A DNA stretch of 64,000 nucleotides from Candidatus Saccharimonadales bacterium. Lineage in GTDB: Bacteria > Patescibacteriota > Saccharimonadia > Saccharimonadales > JBBQYC01. Location: contig JBBQYC010000001.1 of NCBI GenBank assembly GCA_038209015.1, positions 18,974 to 82,973 on the forward strand. The letters are read 5' to 3'. The position numbers and the translations under genes were made by a program. The notes under the pieces were generated by a model that was not told the DNA's origin, ran no database searches, and saw nothing but the letters and a program-made list of their open reading frames with translations. This document shows positions 17,368-26,435 of the stretch, piece by piece. The first letter of the stretch is position 1. Each line of letters opens with the position of its first letter.

Positions 17368-17661
17368 ATGAAATCGTATGAAGCCGGACAACCGGAACTA
17401 GTTATAATTGCTGAAATGACCGGTGAAGAATTATGTGCACCTTCTGGTATTTATGACCCAAATCTCGACAAAGATCTTACTAATTTTTCTGCAATCGAGC
17501 TCATAGAGCAAGCACAGGGCAGTCAAGGGGTGTGCTTAAATAGTAATGGGTATTTGTCTCCAGAGGCGGCGGCTTACAATTCTCAGCTCCACCGGAATAG
17601 GGAGCTAACCGTTGAGCGAATGCTATTTGCGGTTATCTCAAAGCGTCCACCAAAACAATAG
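17368..17661 (+). CDS. hypothetical protein (97 aa)
   Basis: ORF directly downstream of a consensus promoter. No SD and no recognisable domain. Confidence 0.4.
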   Translation: MKSYEAGQPELVIIAEMTGEELCAPSGIYDPNLDKDLTNFSAIELIEQAQGSQGVCLNSNGYLSPEAAAYNSQLHRNRELTVERMLFAVISKRPPKQ

Positions 17662-18723
17662 TTACATAGTTAGGTTTGGCGCTATATCCAGCTTATAGGG
17701 GTCTGCAGTGACTTGGTTGAGGTTCATATGAAAACAGCCCAGCGTGGCTACCATGGCGCCGTTATCCGTCATTAGTTTGGCATCCTGATACTCGACTGGA
17801 ATTGGAATCCGTTCGGCCAGTTGTCGACGCAGTTCGGGGCTGGCGGCTACGCCACCGCCAATTACTACAGATGTAGGCTGGAATTCTTCATATGCCTGGA
17901 ATGTCTTATCTACCACGGTTTCAACTGCTATTCGTTGGAAGCTGGCGGCAATATCGGCCTTCTGAGCCTCAGAGAGGCGTTCTGCCAGCATATGGGATGC
18001 GAATTCGTGTGTTTCACCGACTTCACTCTGAGCAAGCCTTAGAACGGCTGTTTTTAAGCCGCTGAAACTATAGTTATATTTATCCTTGAGTTTTGCTTTG
18101 GGCAGGTCGTATTTGTAAGCGTCTCCTTCGGCAGCTTTTTTACCAATATTCGGACCACCAGGGTAGGGAAGACCAAGTATCTTGGCGACTTTATCAAACG
18201 CTTCACCTATGGCATCATCTTGAGTTTGTCCCAAGAGGCGATAGTCAAAGTGGTCACGCCATAGCACTAACTGGCTGTGCCCGCCGCTAACAATGAGCCC
18301 AAGCATAGGAAATGTCGGCTGTTTTTGACGCATAACGTACTGCTGAAGCGGGCTTTCAATCAGGAAGTTAGCGTAGATATGGGCTTCGACGTGATTGATA
18401 GCGTACAGGGGCTTTTGTTTAGTAATGGCCAGGGTCCGCGCAGTTAATACTCCGACCAACAGGGAACCGCCAAGCCCTGCGCCGTAGGTTACGGCAATCC
18501 CATCAATATCTTTCCACGTGCATTGTGCCGTCTTTAACGCCTGGTCTATGACCGGTATGATGGCTTCAATATGACTTCTGGCGGCAATCTCCGGCACGAC
18601 GCCACCGTACGCGGCGTGCAAATCCATGCTAGACAATACTTCGTTACTGAGTAGCCGCTCGCCGTCTTCCACGACTGCGGCGGCTGTTTCGTCACAGCTT
18701 GTTTCTATCCCAAGAATTTTCAT
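17662..18723 (-). CDS. tsaD: tRNA N6-adenosine threonylcarbamoyltransferase TsaD (Kae1/Gcp family)
   Basis: MKILGIETSCDETAAAV N-terminus and ASKH-fold motifs (GVVPEIAARSH; VSGGH). Confidence 0.9.
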   Translation of the reverse strand: MKILGIETSCDETAAAVVEDGERLLSNEVLSSMDLHAAYGGVVPEIAARSHIEAIIPVIDQALKTAQCTWKDIDGIAVTYGAGLGGSLLVGVLTARTLAITKQKPLYAINHVEAHIYANFLIESPLQQYVMRQKQPTFPMLGLIVSGGHSQLVLWRDHFDYRLLGQTQDDAIGEAFDKVAKILGLPYPGGPNIGKKAAEGDAYKYDLPKAKLKDKYNYSFSGLKTAVLRLAQSEVGETHEFASHMLAERLSEAQKADIAASFQRIAVETVVDKTFQAYEEFQPTSVVIGGGVAASPELRRQLAERIPIPVEYQDAKLMTDNGAMVATLGCFHMNLNQVTADPYKLDIAPNLTM

Positions 18724-18747
18724 TACAAACCAAGTATACTGAGGGCA

Positions 18748-20055
18748 ATGAATTTTAGAAAATTATTGAAGTTTTTTATTCCGCGCGGATTGTTCAAGCG
18801 CATAGAGCCTGCCGGCCATCTTGCAGAGGCGGTGTTGTTCAATCTCATTAATGGATTTCCGGCCCGCGGGATGAAGGTTATTGGTGTGACCGGTACCAAT
18901 GGTAAAACAACCACTAGCTACATGATCTATACTATGTTAAATACCGCCGGGTATAAAGTAGGACTTAACACCACCGTTGCCTATGGGGTAGATGGTGATA
19001 TCCGCCCGCAGCTGCACCATATGACCAATGTTAGTGCGCCAGAACTTATGAAACGGCTGAAGTGGTTTAAGCGCCAAGGTGTTGAATGGCTGGTGCTTGA
19101 AACAACCAGTCATGCACTGGCTCAGAACCGGGTGTGGGGTGTTCCGTACAGCGTAGCCGTACTCACAAATCTGACCCACGAACACCTCAGTTATCATGGT
19201 ACTTTCGAACGTTACCGCGACGCGAAGCTCAAATTATTCAAGCTTACCGCTAAAAACAAGCGCGGGTTACAAACCGGCATTGTCAACCAGGAAGACGAAA
19301 ACGCGGATATATTTGCCCAAGCGGTCCCAAACAGTGTGAGGTACGGCAGTGGCGGCGATATCATAGCGAAAGACGTTCAGTTACAGCCAAACGGATTCAG
19401 TTATACAGCTGTCGCCGGTGAAGATTCATATAATATAACCAGTTCGTTGCCTGGTAGTTTCAATGTTAGTAATACCTTGGCGGCGGTTGGCGTTGGGCGC
19501 ACACTGGGCTTTAGCAAAGAGCAGATAGAGCAGGGAATAGCGGCACTGGAATCGGTTGAGGGACGCATGACTCGGGTAAACGAAGGCCAGGACTTTGATG
19601 TAATCGTTGACTATGCGCACAGTCCCGACAGCTTCCAAAAGTTATTCAGTGATGTCCGGCCTGTTGTGAAGGGAAAAATCATTGCTGTCTTTGGGTCGCT
19701 GGGTGGTGGTGACGTTGCAAAACGACCAGAACAGGGGAGAATCGCTGGTGAGTTTGCCGACGAAGTTATCCTTACCCAGGAGGATGATCGCCAGGAAGAC
19801 CCGACAAAGATTATGCAGGATATTGCTCAAGGAGCTGCGGCTACCGGTATGCAGCGGGATGCAAACCTGTTTTTTATTCATGACCGTACAGAAGCAATTA
19901 ACTTCGCTGTAAAACGCGCCAAAACGGGCGATATGGTATTGCTGCTGGGCAAGGGGCACGAGAAAACACAGGAAGATGCAACGGGAGAACACCCCTGGGA
20001 TGAAATAGCCACCGCCCGTACCGCACTCCTCGAGTTGACAAAACACTCAAAATAA
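18748..20055 (+). CDS. murE: Mur ligase family protein, MurE-like (UDP-MurNAc-tripeptide synthetase)
   Basis: P-loop VIGVTGTNGKTTT, DYAHSPDSF motif, and a C-terminal Mur ligase domain. Short N-terminal domain. Confidence 0.7.
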   Translation: MNFRKLLKFFIPRGLFKRIEPAGHLAEAVLFNLINGFPARGMKVIGVTGTNGKTTTSYMIYTMLNTAGYKVGLNTTVAYGVDGDIRPQLHHMTNVSAPELMKRLKWFKRQGVEWLVLETTSHALAQNRVWGVPYSVAVLTNLTHEHLSYHGTFERYRDAKLKLFKLTAKNKRGLQTGIVNQEDENADIFAQAVPNSVRYGSGGDIIAKDVQLQPNGFSYTAVAGEDSYNITSSLPGSFNVSNTLAAVGVGRTLGFSKEQIEQGIAALESVEGRMTRVNEGQDFDVIVDYAHSPDSFQKLFSDVRPVVKGKIIAVFGSLGGGDVAKRPEQGRIAGEFADEVILTQEDDRQEDPTKIMQDIAQGAAATGMQRDANLFFIHDRTEAINFAVKRAKTGDMVLLLGKGHEKTQEDATGEHPWDEIATARTALLELTKHSK

Positions 20056-20084
20056 TATAGAATAGTTTAATTCTAAAGGAGATT

Positions 20085-20867
20085 TTGATGAGTCAACGAG
20101 AACCATCTCAAGAAGTAATGCGTTCACGCGTACAGGAGTTAGAGCTGTTCCAAGCTTCTCTGACGAGTGTAGTAGACGAAGTAGTAGATCAGCTTGCTAT
20201 TCGCGATTTTGATATTGAAAAAGATTTCAGAGTGCTTTGGGCGGAAGGTAATAATGCCCGAGAAGTGCCTGTCAAACACCAGACATACCGTCAACGCACA
20301 CTTAGTCATATGACAAAAGTACTGCCGGCTATGCGCAAAGCTATAGGTGAAGGTCTTATTACTAATCCAAACGACGCTGGTGACCTTGCTGGTACCCTAA
20401 TGGCATTCGAGGGCAGCCCCTCAGCTTGTTTGCGCTATCTACGCGGTACTTCAAACAGCTTGGTCAGTGAACCTATTCGCCCCCGTGAACTCATCAATAT
20501 CCTTGGCGCATACCAAGCAATACTTGATGTTACGCCTACCGAAGGTGAAGCTAAACTGCCGAAACCAACACTAGCTAGCGCTATCTCATCTGCGCAGGAC
20601 TGGGGCTTTGACCTCATGCATCCGTTAACTGAAGCAGATATAGACAATGTTCACGCATCGATTGATGAGTACCAGTTCGTCGAAACGGTATCGCGTGCTA
20701 GCAGGGAAGGTCAACCGTACCAAACGATACACTTGATAGATGCAACTTCACAGCGCCGGAATCCGATTGGTTTTACTGCTGTTTCCTCTGATGATATGCG
20801 ACGAGACAGTACTCTTGAAGACTACATGCTCAGGGATGTGCTTCAAGATGACATGGCTACCAGCTAG
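20085..20867 (+). CDS. hypothetical cytoplasmic protein (operon gene 1 of 5)
   Basis: ORF with RBS aaggag 8 nt upstream. No recognisable domain. Confidence 0.55.
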   Translation: MMSQREPSQEVMRSRVQELELFQASLTSVVDEVVDQLAIRDFDIEKDFRVLWAEGNNAREVPVKHQTYRQRTLSHMTKVLPAMRKAIGEGLITNPNDAGDLAGTLMAFEGSPSACLRYLRGTSNSLVSEPIRPRELINILGAYQAILDVTPTEGEAKLPKPTLASAISSAQDWGFDLMHPLTEADIDNVHASIDEYQFVETVSRASREGQPYQTIHLIDATSQRRNPIGFTAVSSDDMRRDSTLEDYMLRDVLQDDMATS

Positions 20868-20875
20868 GAGTCGCT

Positions 20876-22150
20876 ATGCCGAAAAATTTTGACGAACTCA
20901 TGGGCGAACAAGCTCGTAACCCATTCGAAACTAGCGGGCTGACGCCAGAAGCCGTTAAGGCGCTGCACGAATCCGGTGATCCGGAGCTGCTGCAAACCGC
21001 GGTAAACGGGGTTATGCGGGCGCTGTCCCGAGGTATGCACCCAGATGCCACGGGCAAGCAAGCCGGTGATTTTTTTATGCAACTGGTTGAATCAAACAAG
21101 CTTATCCAGGGATATGACACAGGAGCAGTCCAGCAGTTAGCCACCGATTACACTAGAAAAAAACGCGGTACGAAAGCGGCCAAGCCGGAGGTTGTACAAG
21201 TCCATCAGGACCGCAGCCATGAGTTACTTCTAAACATTGCAGGGCAGCCACTTGGTGAATTAGGCCCAAGTTTTAACCCGAACACCGGTATTGAGTTCAC
21301 GAGCCTTCAGAAGGAGTTCATAAATATACCTAATCGACTATTAATGCACCGCACCGATGAAGATCGTTGGCAACTCAGTGAGTACCACTATGCGGAAATT
21401 GAAGAGCGTGAACTCGATGAAAACGGGAAGCTTCAGCGTGATAATTCGCTTGGTCATGAAATGGTCGGCAATATGGATTGGCAACGGTTAGTTACTGCAC
21501 GTCATGTAAAAAATTTGCAACGCGGGTTTATGTATATCAATAGGGAAACAAACCAAAAATTAGCAATAGATGCTGTACATGTATCAGGCATGGTGCACCG
21601 GTTGGGCGACAGCCTTGTGCTGTTTGATGAAAGCGGTAATAAAGTTGATACGTACCCTAATGACCTTACTGAGACCGATGACGCTACTGACGATAGCTTC
21701 TATCGCTTGTCACTAACGGTAGCTGGTACCAATGAGGACGATTTAACCGTACAGACTGCGACGGCGCGACGGTATATGTACCGGGATGACGAACCTGAAA
21801 TATACGATTTCCGACTACTCGGCACAACTGATGAAGTATTTGCACAACAAGTCGTAGCTGATTTGCGCAGATCGGTCCGTGGTGACGAGCCGCGCCGTTT
21901 CAATGAACAGGTAACGATTAGTGAATTAAATGTCGGTATCTCGCGTTCTAACCAGCTTTCCAGCCTCGGATTTTCACTCCAATCCGAACAAATAAAAAAA
22001 ATAGGCGAGCATTTTACGCCCGCGATTGTTCCTGAAAATCATTTAGTGGTGTCAGACGGTGAGAAACTATATTTGTTAGGGGTGGCTCAGCGGCTCTACA
22101 AAAATATGTTTGCGAACCACCCACTGTCCGTACCGCTCTCCGGTTATTGA
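20876..22150 (+). CDS. hypothetical cytoplasmic protein, 424 aa (operon gene 2 of 5)
   Basis: ORF 9 nt after gene 1. No recognisable domain. Confidence 0.55.
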   Translation: MPKNFDELMGEQARNPFETSGLTPEAVKALHESGDPELLQTAVNGVMRALSRGMHPDATGKQAGDFFMQLVESNKLIQGYDTGAVQQLATDYTRKKRGTKAAKPEVVQVHQDRSHELLLNIAGQPLGELGPSFNPNTGIEFTSLQKEFINIPNRLLMHRTDEDRWQLSEYHYAEIEERELDENGKLQRDNSLGHEMVGNMDWQRLVTARHVKNLQRGFMYINRETNQKLAIDAVHVSGMVHRLGDSLVLFDESGNKVDTYPNDLTETDDATDDSFYRLSLTVAGTNEDDLTVQTATARRYMYRDDEPEIYDFRLLGTTDEVFAQQVVADLRRSVRGDEPRRFNEQVTISELNVGISRSNQLSSLGFSLQSEQIKKIGEHFTPAIVPENHLVVSDGEKLYLLGVAQRLYKNMFANHPLSVPLSGY

Positions 22151-22196
22151 CAAAATACACATAAAAATGTTATAATCTTCCATAATAAGGAGTGTT

Positions 22197-22841
22197 ATGT
22201 CTGGACTGAGTTTAGAGCAGCTGGAACGAGTACGTGATGAGGCCAATGGTATAGTCACTAAATATAATGTCCTCAAGGACGACCCCTTGCACGCCCTGGA
22301 AACCGGAGAAGGTAATTGTTTCGCCAAGGCTATTTTGGCCGCGGGGATTATTTCGGTGCGTCACAGCCTCGGTGATGATGTGCCGGCCGGCGTATTTAGT
22401 GCCCGACTTCATGCCACAGAAAAACCGTCTTCTTTCGGAATGCCGCCCAAGGCAAACCGTGGACATTACACCTTACTCGTTCCGGATAGTGAACGACTTG
22501 CTCGTGATGACGAATGGGGTATTTTTAGTCTCGATTTCGGCATAGACGGCCGTGAAGATTCCGGCGATATCATGGACTATAACGAAGTCGGTGACTGTGT
22601 GTACTACGCCGGGCTATCGAATAAAATTAAAGCAACTCCACTTTTTGCTGAACAAAATCATATGTTTGTAACTGGCTGGAAGGAAAGCGCTAACACCTAC
22701 CTCAAACTCATAGCCGACGGTCCGCGCGATATGAATGATCCAATCCCGGAGCTGCCGTTTAATCCCGCACTCCAAGACCAGGTGAATTATGATCAGATGC
22801 TGGAAATGTTGGCGCAGAAACCACACCTAGAACTTTTATGA
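22197..22841 (+). CDS. hypothetical protein with possible transglutaminase-like/papain-like Cys-His-Asp arrangement (operon gene 3 of 5)
   Basis: GEGNCFAKAILAAGI (G-x-C-F-A), downstream RGHYTL and DFGID. RBS aaggag upstream. Confidence 0.5.
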   Translation: MSGLSLEQLERVRDEANGIVTKYNVLKDDPLHALETGEGNCFAKAILAAGIISVRHSLGDDVPAGVFSARLHATEKPSSFGMPPKANRGHYTLLVPDSERLARDDEWGIFSLDFGIDGREDSGDIMDYNEVGDCVYYAGLSNKIKATPLFAEQNHMFVTGWKESANTYLKLIADGPRDMNDPIPELPFNPALQDQVNYDQMLEMLAQKPHLELL

Positions 22842-23221
22842 ACACATTCCCGCTAGGATATACTGGTCGTATGAGTGAAGAAACTCCAGAAACGTATTCG
22901 TTCGGGCACGGCAACGCTATTGTAGAGCCAAAACAGTTGCAGCTGGATTTGGGAATCACTCCAGAAGACCAGCAGGAACAAAACTACGCTCGCCAATCTA
23001 TGAAAAAAGAAATGGGAGGCTTTGCATTAACAGCTTATTTGCAATCGCTTGATTCGAATCTCACTGGTGATCTTTTAGGATTAGTAGAGGGAGAAACACG
23101 CTTTATTAAAAGTAATGAACAGCGTCTCAATGATATTATTGAGGCTGCAAAACTTACCGGCAAGAGAGAGCTTATCACTGAGCTGTTACATAGGTATGAG
23201 CAGACACGAGACTTGCAATAA
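22838..23221 (+). CDS. hypothetical protein, 127 aa (operon gene 4 of 5)
   Basis: ATGA overlap with gene 3. Confidence 0.5.
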   Translation: MNTFPLGYTGRMSEETPETYSFGHGNAIVEPKQLQLDLGITPEDQQEQNYARQSMKKEMGGFALTAYLQSLDSNLTGDLLGLVEGETRFIKSNEQRLNDIIEAAKLTGKRELITELLHRYEQTRDLQ

Positions 23222-23250
23222 TAGCAACAATGTGCTAATATACTATAGTT

Positions 23251-24033
23251 ATGTTACAAACAAAAATTGATAATCCCTACGAAACACTTGAACTCTTTAT
23301 TACAGATTTTCATGAAAGCCAGCACTCGCCAGACGTCACCGTAGAAGATAAAAGTCAGTTATTAAACACTATCGGTCGCTTTGGGCTGCAGCATGGCCTC
23401 CCGATTGATTACATCGCGCATCGATTAGAGATGCCTACGGATAGTTTGTTGCAAGAGCTTGAAGTTGATGAAGCGCTAAGCAAAGCCTTTCATAAGACGA
23501 CCACAGAGGGTTTGAATATGGGTGGTAGTCCTGAAAAAACCGATACTTCCGTCTATACGACTGATCCTGAAGCGCTTGGTTGGTTAAACGGTAAGCCTGC
23601 CGTGAAGTTGCCGGCAGTCCTTGTTGAAACCGAAGATCTAACCTACCGCTTGGTGGATTTAGTTGGTCTTCACCGCGTGCCGAAGAAGCTCAGGCAAAAA
23701 TTACTTGATCAGCATGAATACGAAAGTCTACATGAAAAACTAACTCATGAAGCGATTCCGAAGCTCTATAAGGATGTAAAGACACTTGATGGTAAGCTGC
23801 GTCCCGTTGCTATGGGCAATCGTACAAAAAAAGAAGCAGAAGCCGTTGCCAGTTTCAAATGTAAGCTTCCAGCTTACAAAGTTGATGCCCACGGTACAAA
23901 TAATAGGGCAATCATCGTGTTTTTAGGTAATAGTAGCGATAAGGAGCCGGTTCCTCAGTTTGGGCTTGCGGCGTTATATGATCATGATGACGATGAGGCA
24001 ATTCACTCAGCGTTATTTGCTAAGCAGAAATAA
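23251..24033 (+). CDS. hypothetical protein, 260 aa (operon gene 5 of 5)
   Basis: ORF 30 nt after gene 4. No recognisable domain. Confidence 0.5.
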   Translation: MLQTKIDNPYETLELFITDFHESQHSPDVTVEDKSQLLNTIGRFGLQHGLPIDYIAHRLEMPTDSLLQELEVDEALSKAFHKTTTEGLNMGGSPEKTDTSVYTTDPEALGWLNGKPAVKLPAVLVETEDLTYRLVDLVGLHRVPKKLRQKLLDQHEYESLHEKLTHEAIPKLYKDVKTLDGKLRPVAMGNRTKKEAEAVASFKCKLPAYKVDAHGTNNRAIIVFLGNSSDKEPVPQFGLAALYDHDDDEAIHSALFAKQK

Positions 24034-24034
24034 T

Positions 24035-24892
24035 CTAAATTGTTAGGGTGGTGCAGCGTATAAAGCCGCCGCCTTTTTGCAGCTCGACTACATCAGGGTG
24101 TATAAGCGTGTACCCATGGTTCTCAAGCTGCGCAGCAAGGAGCGGGGCATGTGAACTCATAATAACTGTTTCTGAGGTTGAAACGAGGTTGCAGGCCAGT
24201 CCTTGCATGGCCTCTTCAAGGGTGACTTCTATAGTATCTAACGCCAGGGCGCGGACTTTTTCCTGGCTTTCCTGCGTAAAAGCTTCCGGGCACCAAGCGA
24301 TTAAGTCATCTGAGATAATCGAAACCGCTAAGTCGATGTCATAGAAAAAGCTATCCGGCCAGTTGGTTACTTTGTTGATAACCGCTTTTCCAGTGGTATC
24401 AAGTTGCGGAATGGCCTGTAGACTAATTACTTCTAATCCCGTCTGTTCTGCTAAAAAGGGGTGTACTTCGGCATCGGTGCGGTAAGTACTACCGCACAGT
24501 AGATATGGCCCGCAGGGCAGTGCATCGCCTTGGCCGCTGAAGCGTAGATTGCCTGGTACCTGGACAATTTCTTTACCAAGAGTTCGCAATACGTCTTGAG
24601 CATACGACTGTTCTGCTTGCCGCGGACCTGGCAAGTTAGACATAATTGCCTTGTTCCCGACGCAGAGCGCCCAGTTGGCGGTATACACTCCGTCTTGGCA
24701 GTTATCAGGAGCGTCAACTTTATGTATTTCTACCCCTGCGCTACGAAGCGCAGCTTGTATGTTAGTGTGATCTGTTACGGCGCGATCAATATCGACTGCA
24801 ACTGATGCATCCATGTAGGCATTAATTGCGAAACCGTCATTAAAATATTCGGCTCCGCTCATCAATACACTACTGTTCATTTTTTGTGGCAT
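24035..24892 (-). CDS. pentein-fold amidinotransferase/DDAH/arginine-deiminase superfamily enzyme (short, 285 aa)
   Basis: C-terminal GGGFIRCTTL, the catalytic Cys motif of guanidino-group-modifying enzymes. Length is DDAH-like rather than ArcA-like. Confidence 0.6.
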   Translation of the reverse strand: MPQKMNSSVLMSGAEYFNDGFAINAYMDASVAVDIDRAVTDHTNIQAALRSAGVEIHKVDAPDNCQDGVYTANWALCVGNKAIMSNLPGPRQAEQSYAQDVLRTLGKEIVQVPGNLRFSGQGDALPCGPYLLCGSTYRTDAEVHPFLAEQTGLEVISLQAIPQLDTTGKAVINKVTNWPDSFFYDIDLAVSIISDDLIAWCPEAFTQESQEKVRALALDTIEVTLEEAMQGLACNLVSTSETVIMSSHAPLLAAQLENHGYTLIHPDVVELQKGGGFIRCTTLTI

Positions 24893-24937
24893 TAGCGTCT
24901 AGTATACCAGGCAAAAACCATTGACAAAACAGCTTGG

Positions 24938-25516
24938 TTGTGGTATTTTATATCGACTATGGAGAAAGATCCGTTTCGGTGGGCTGCAAACGCACCCTTA
25001 CTACCGAAGAAATACTGTATTGCTGATTATTACCATGCGTCCAGCAAAGAGCATCGGTTGATTGTTGATGCACGGCAAGATTATAAAACAGATCAATACA
25101 CTCGGGCCAAGCTTGAGAACAAAGGAATGGTTCTGCGATTGGCAGGGGTACAGCATCCTTCAGGAAGTATGGAATACATAATTCCTGATGGGGTAACTTC
25201 ACTGGGGGCATTTTTAAATTCAACCTCTGCTGATCAAAACAGGGCCTGGAAACGACGCTACATGTTCAATCGTATAACTGAATTTCTGAGTGAATTCACT
25301 GCAATGGGACTCGGCCTCAGCGCAGAACCGTCTGCCAGCCGCCACAATATAGGCCAAAATCTGTTAAGCGATCCGGTATTGTTACCGGCGCTTCCAGTGA
25401 GCATAGAGGAGATGGATAATCACCAAGCTCATATTCAGAATCAAGCATTTTATGTGCAGATTCAGCAGGACATAATAGAGGTTGCGCCGCCCGACGAGCG
25501 TGATTTCCCCTTCTAG
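24938..25516 (+). CDS. hypothetical protein (192 aa), probably co-transcribed with the kinase-like gene
   Basis: ORF 9 nt upstream of 25525. Confidence 0.45.
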   Translation: MWYFISTMEKDPFRWAANAPLLPKKYCIADYYHASSKEHRLIVDARQDYKTDQYTRAKLENKGMVLRLAGVQHPSGSMEYIIPDGVTSLGAFLNSTSADQNRAWKRRYMFNRITEFLSEFTAMGLGLSAEPSASRHNIGQNLLSDPVLLPALPVSIEEMDNHQAHIQNQAFYVQIQQDIIEVAPPDERDFPF

Positions 25517-25524
25517 GATTTACT

Positions 25525-26340
25525 ATGGGCTACGAACACACGGAATCATTACCCAGCTTTGAAATTGCTGAGTCTTTGCAGATGACGCCACACCTTGGCG
25601 CCACCGCCCAGCTTGGCGACTCAGCTCATAAAGTCTGCGTTGCAGAGGATGATGACTATAACTTATGGGTGATTAAACCAGCATCACATGCAAAAGCTCG
25701 CAATGAAGTTTCTATGCTTTCAGCGGTACAGAAGGCGGGTATACCGACGTTGGTATTTGACCCGGGCAAAGAACCAAGGTTGGTTCCCTATGACGCTGAC
25801 ACAACAGCTATAGTTATGCAGTTTAGGCGACTTCAGCCACTGACTCGTCTCGATTGGGGCGCTAATGTCTATGATCAACCGACGCACGACGTTTTAGACA
25901 TGCACACCATTCGATCGATGCATGCGATAGCTAAGATGCATAAGCGCGGCATGTACCACGGTGACTTCCAGGCGAAGAATACCGGTCTTATGACTATGAA
26001 TAATGGTTACAAGCGACAAATCTGTTTTGATTTCGAGGGAGCAGGCCGGCTTGGCAAATGGACCGAAGAAGATACTGAGCACCGTGTCATGGCAGATGAT
26101 ATTGTCCAGTTTTTCAAATCCATTCTTATTAATCGCTACCTAGAAGAGCTACCTGCCGAGCTGAAGATGCAGCGGCTTGGATCATTCGCCTTACTGTACG
26201 CACAGAAACTGTCCAACAGGAATGAGCAAGCCGTCGAAGCGGCTACAAATATTGCGGTTGAAATCGAATTACAGACTGAAGATTGGGTATCCCAACCGAG
26301 TTCTATAAAACGCGCCCGCCAACGATTTAAAAATTCTTGA
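25525..26340 (+). CDS. protein-kinase-like fold protein (Kdo/RIO/aminoglycoside-phosphotransferase-like)
   Basis: VIKPAS...ARNEV (beta3 Lys / alphaC Glu). HGDFQAKN (catalytic loop HxD...N). CFDFEGAG (DFG-like). Confidence 0.55.
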   Translation: MGYEHTESLPSFEIAESLQMTPHLGATAQLGDSAHKVCVAEDDDYNLWVIKPASHAKARNEVSMLSAVQKAGIPTLVFDPGKEPRLVPYDADTTAIVMQFRRLQPLTRLDWGANVYDQPTHDVLDMHTIRSMHAIAKMHKRGMYHGDFQAKNTGLMTMNNGYKRQICFDFEGAGRLGKWTEEDTEHRVMADDIVQFFKSILINRYLEELPAELKMQRLGSFALLYAQKLSNRNEQAVEAATNIAVEIELQTEDWVSQPSSIKRARQRFKNS

Positions 26341-26347
26341 CGGCAAG

Positions 26348-26374
26348 TTAGCACTCCATTATATTGAGTGCTAG
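26348..26374 (+). promoter_or_regulatory. CIRCE element (HrcA operator) upstream of groES
   Basis: TTAGCACTC-CATTATATT-GAGTGCTAG. 17/18 match to TTAGCACTC-N9-GAGTGCTAA. Confidence 0.8.
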
Positions 26375-26409
26375 AGATTTGGCACTCGTTTGCGAGAAGT
26401 GCCAAATCT
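26375..26409 (+). promoter_or_regulatory. perfect 12-bp-arm palindrome (AGATTTGGCACT-N11-AGTGCCAAATCT) between CIRCE and the groES RBS
   Basis: Arms are exact reverse complements. The function (second operator or 5'UTR hairpin) is unknown. Confidence 0.5.
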
Positions 26410-26435
26410 ATGACAAGTAAACAGGAGAATCTATA

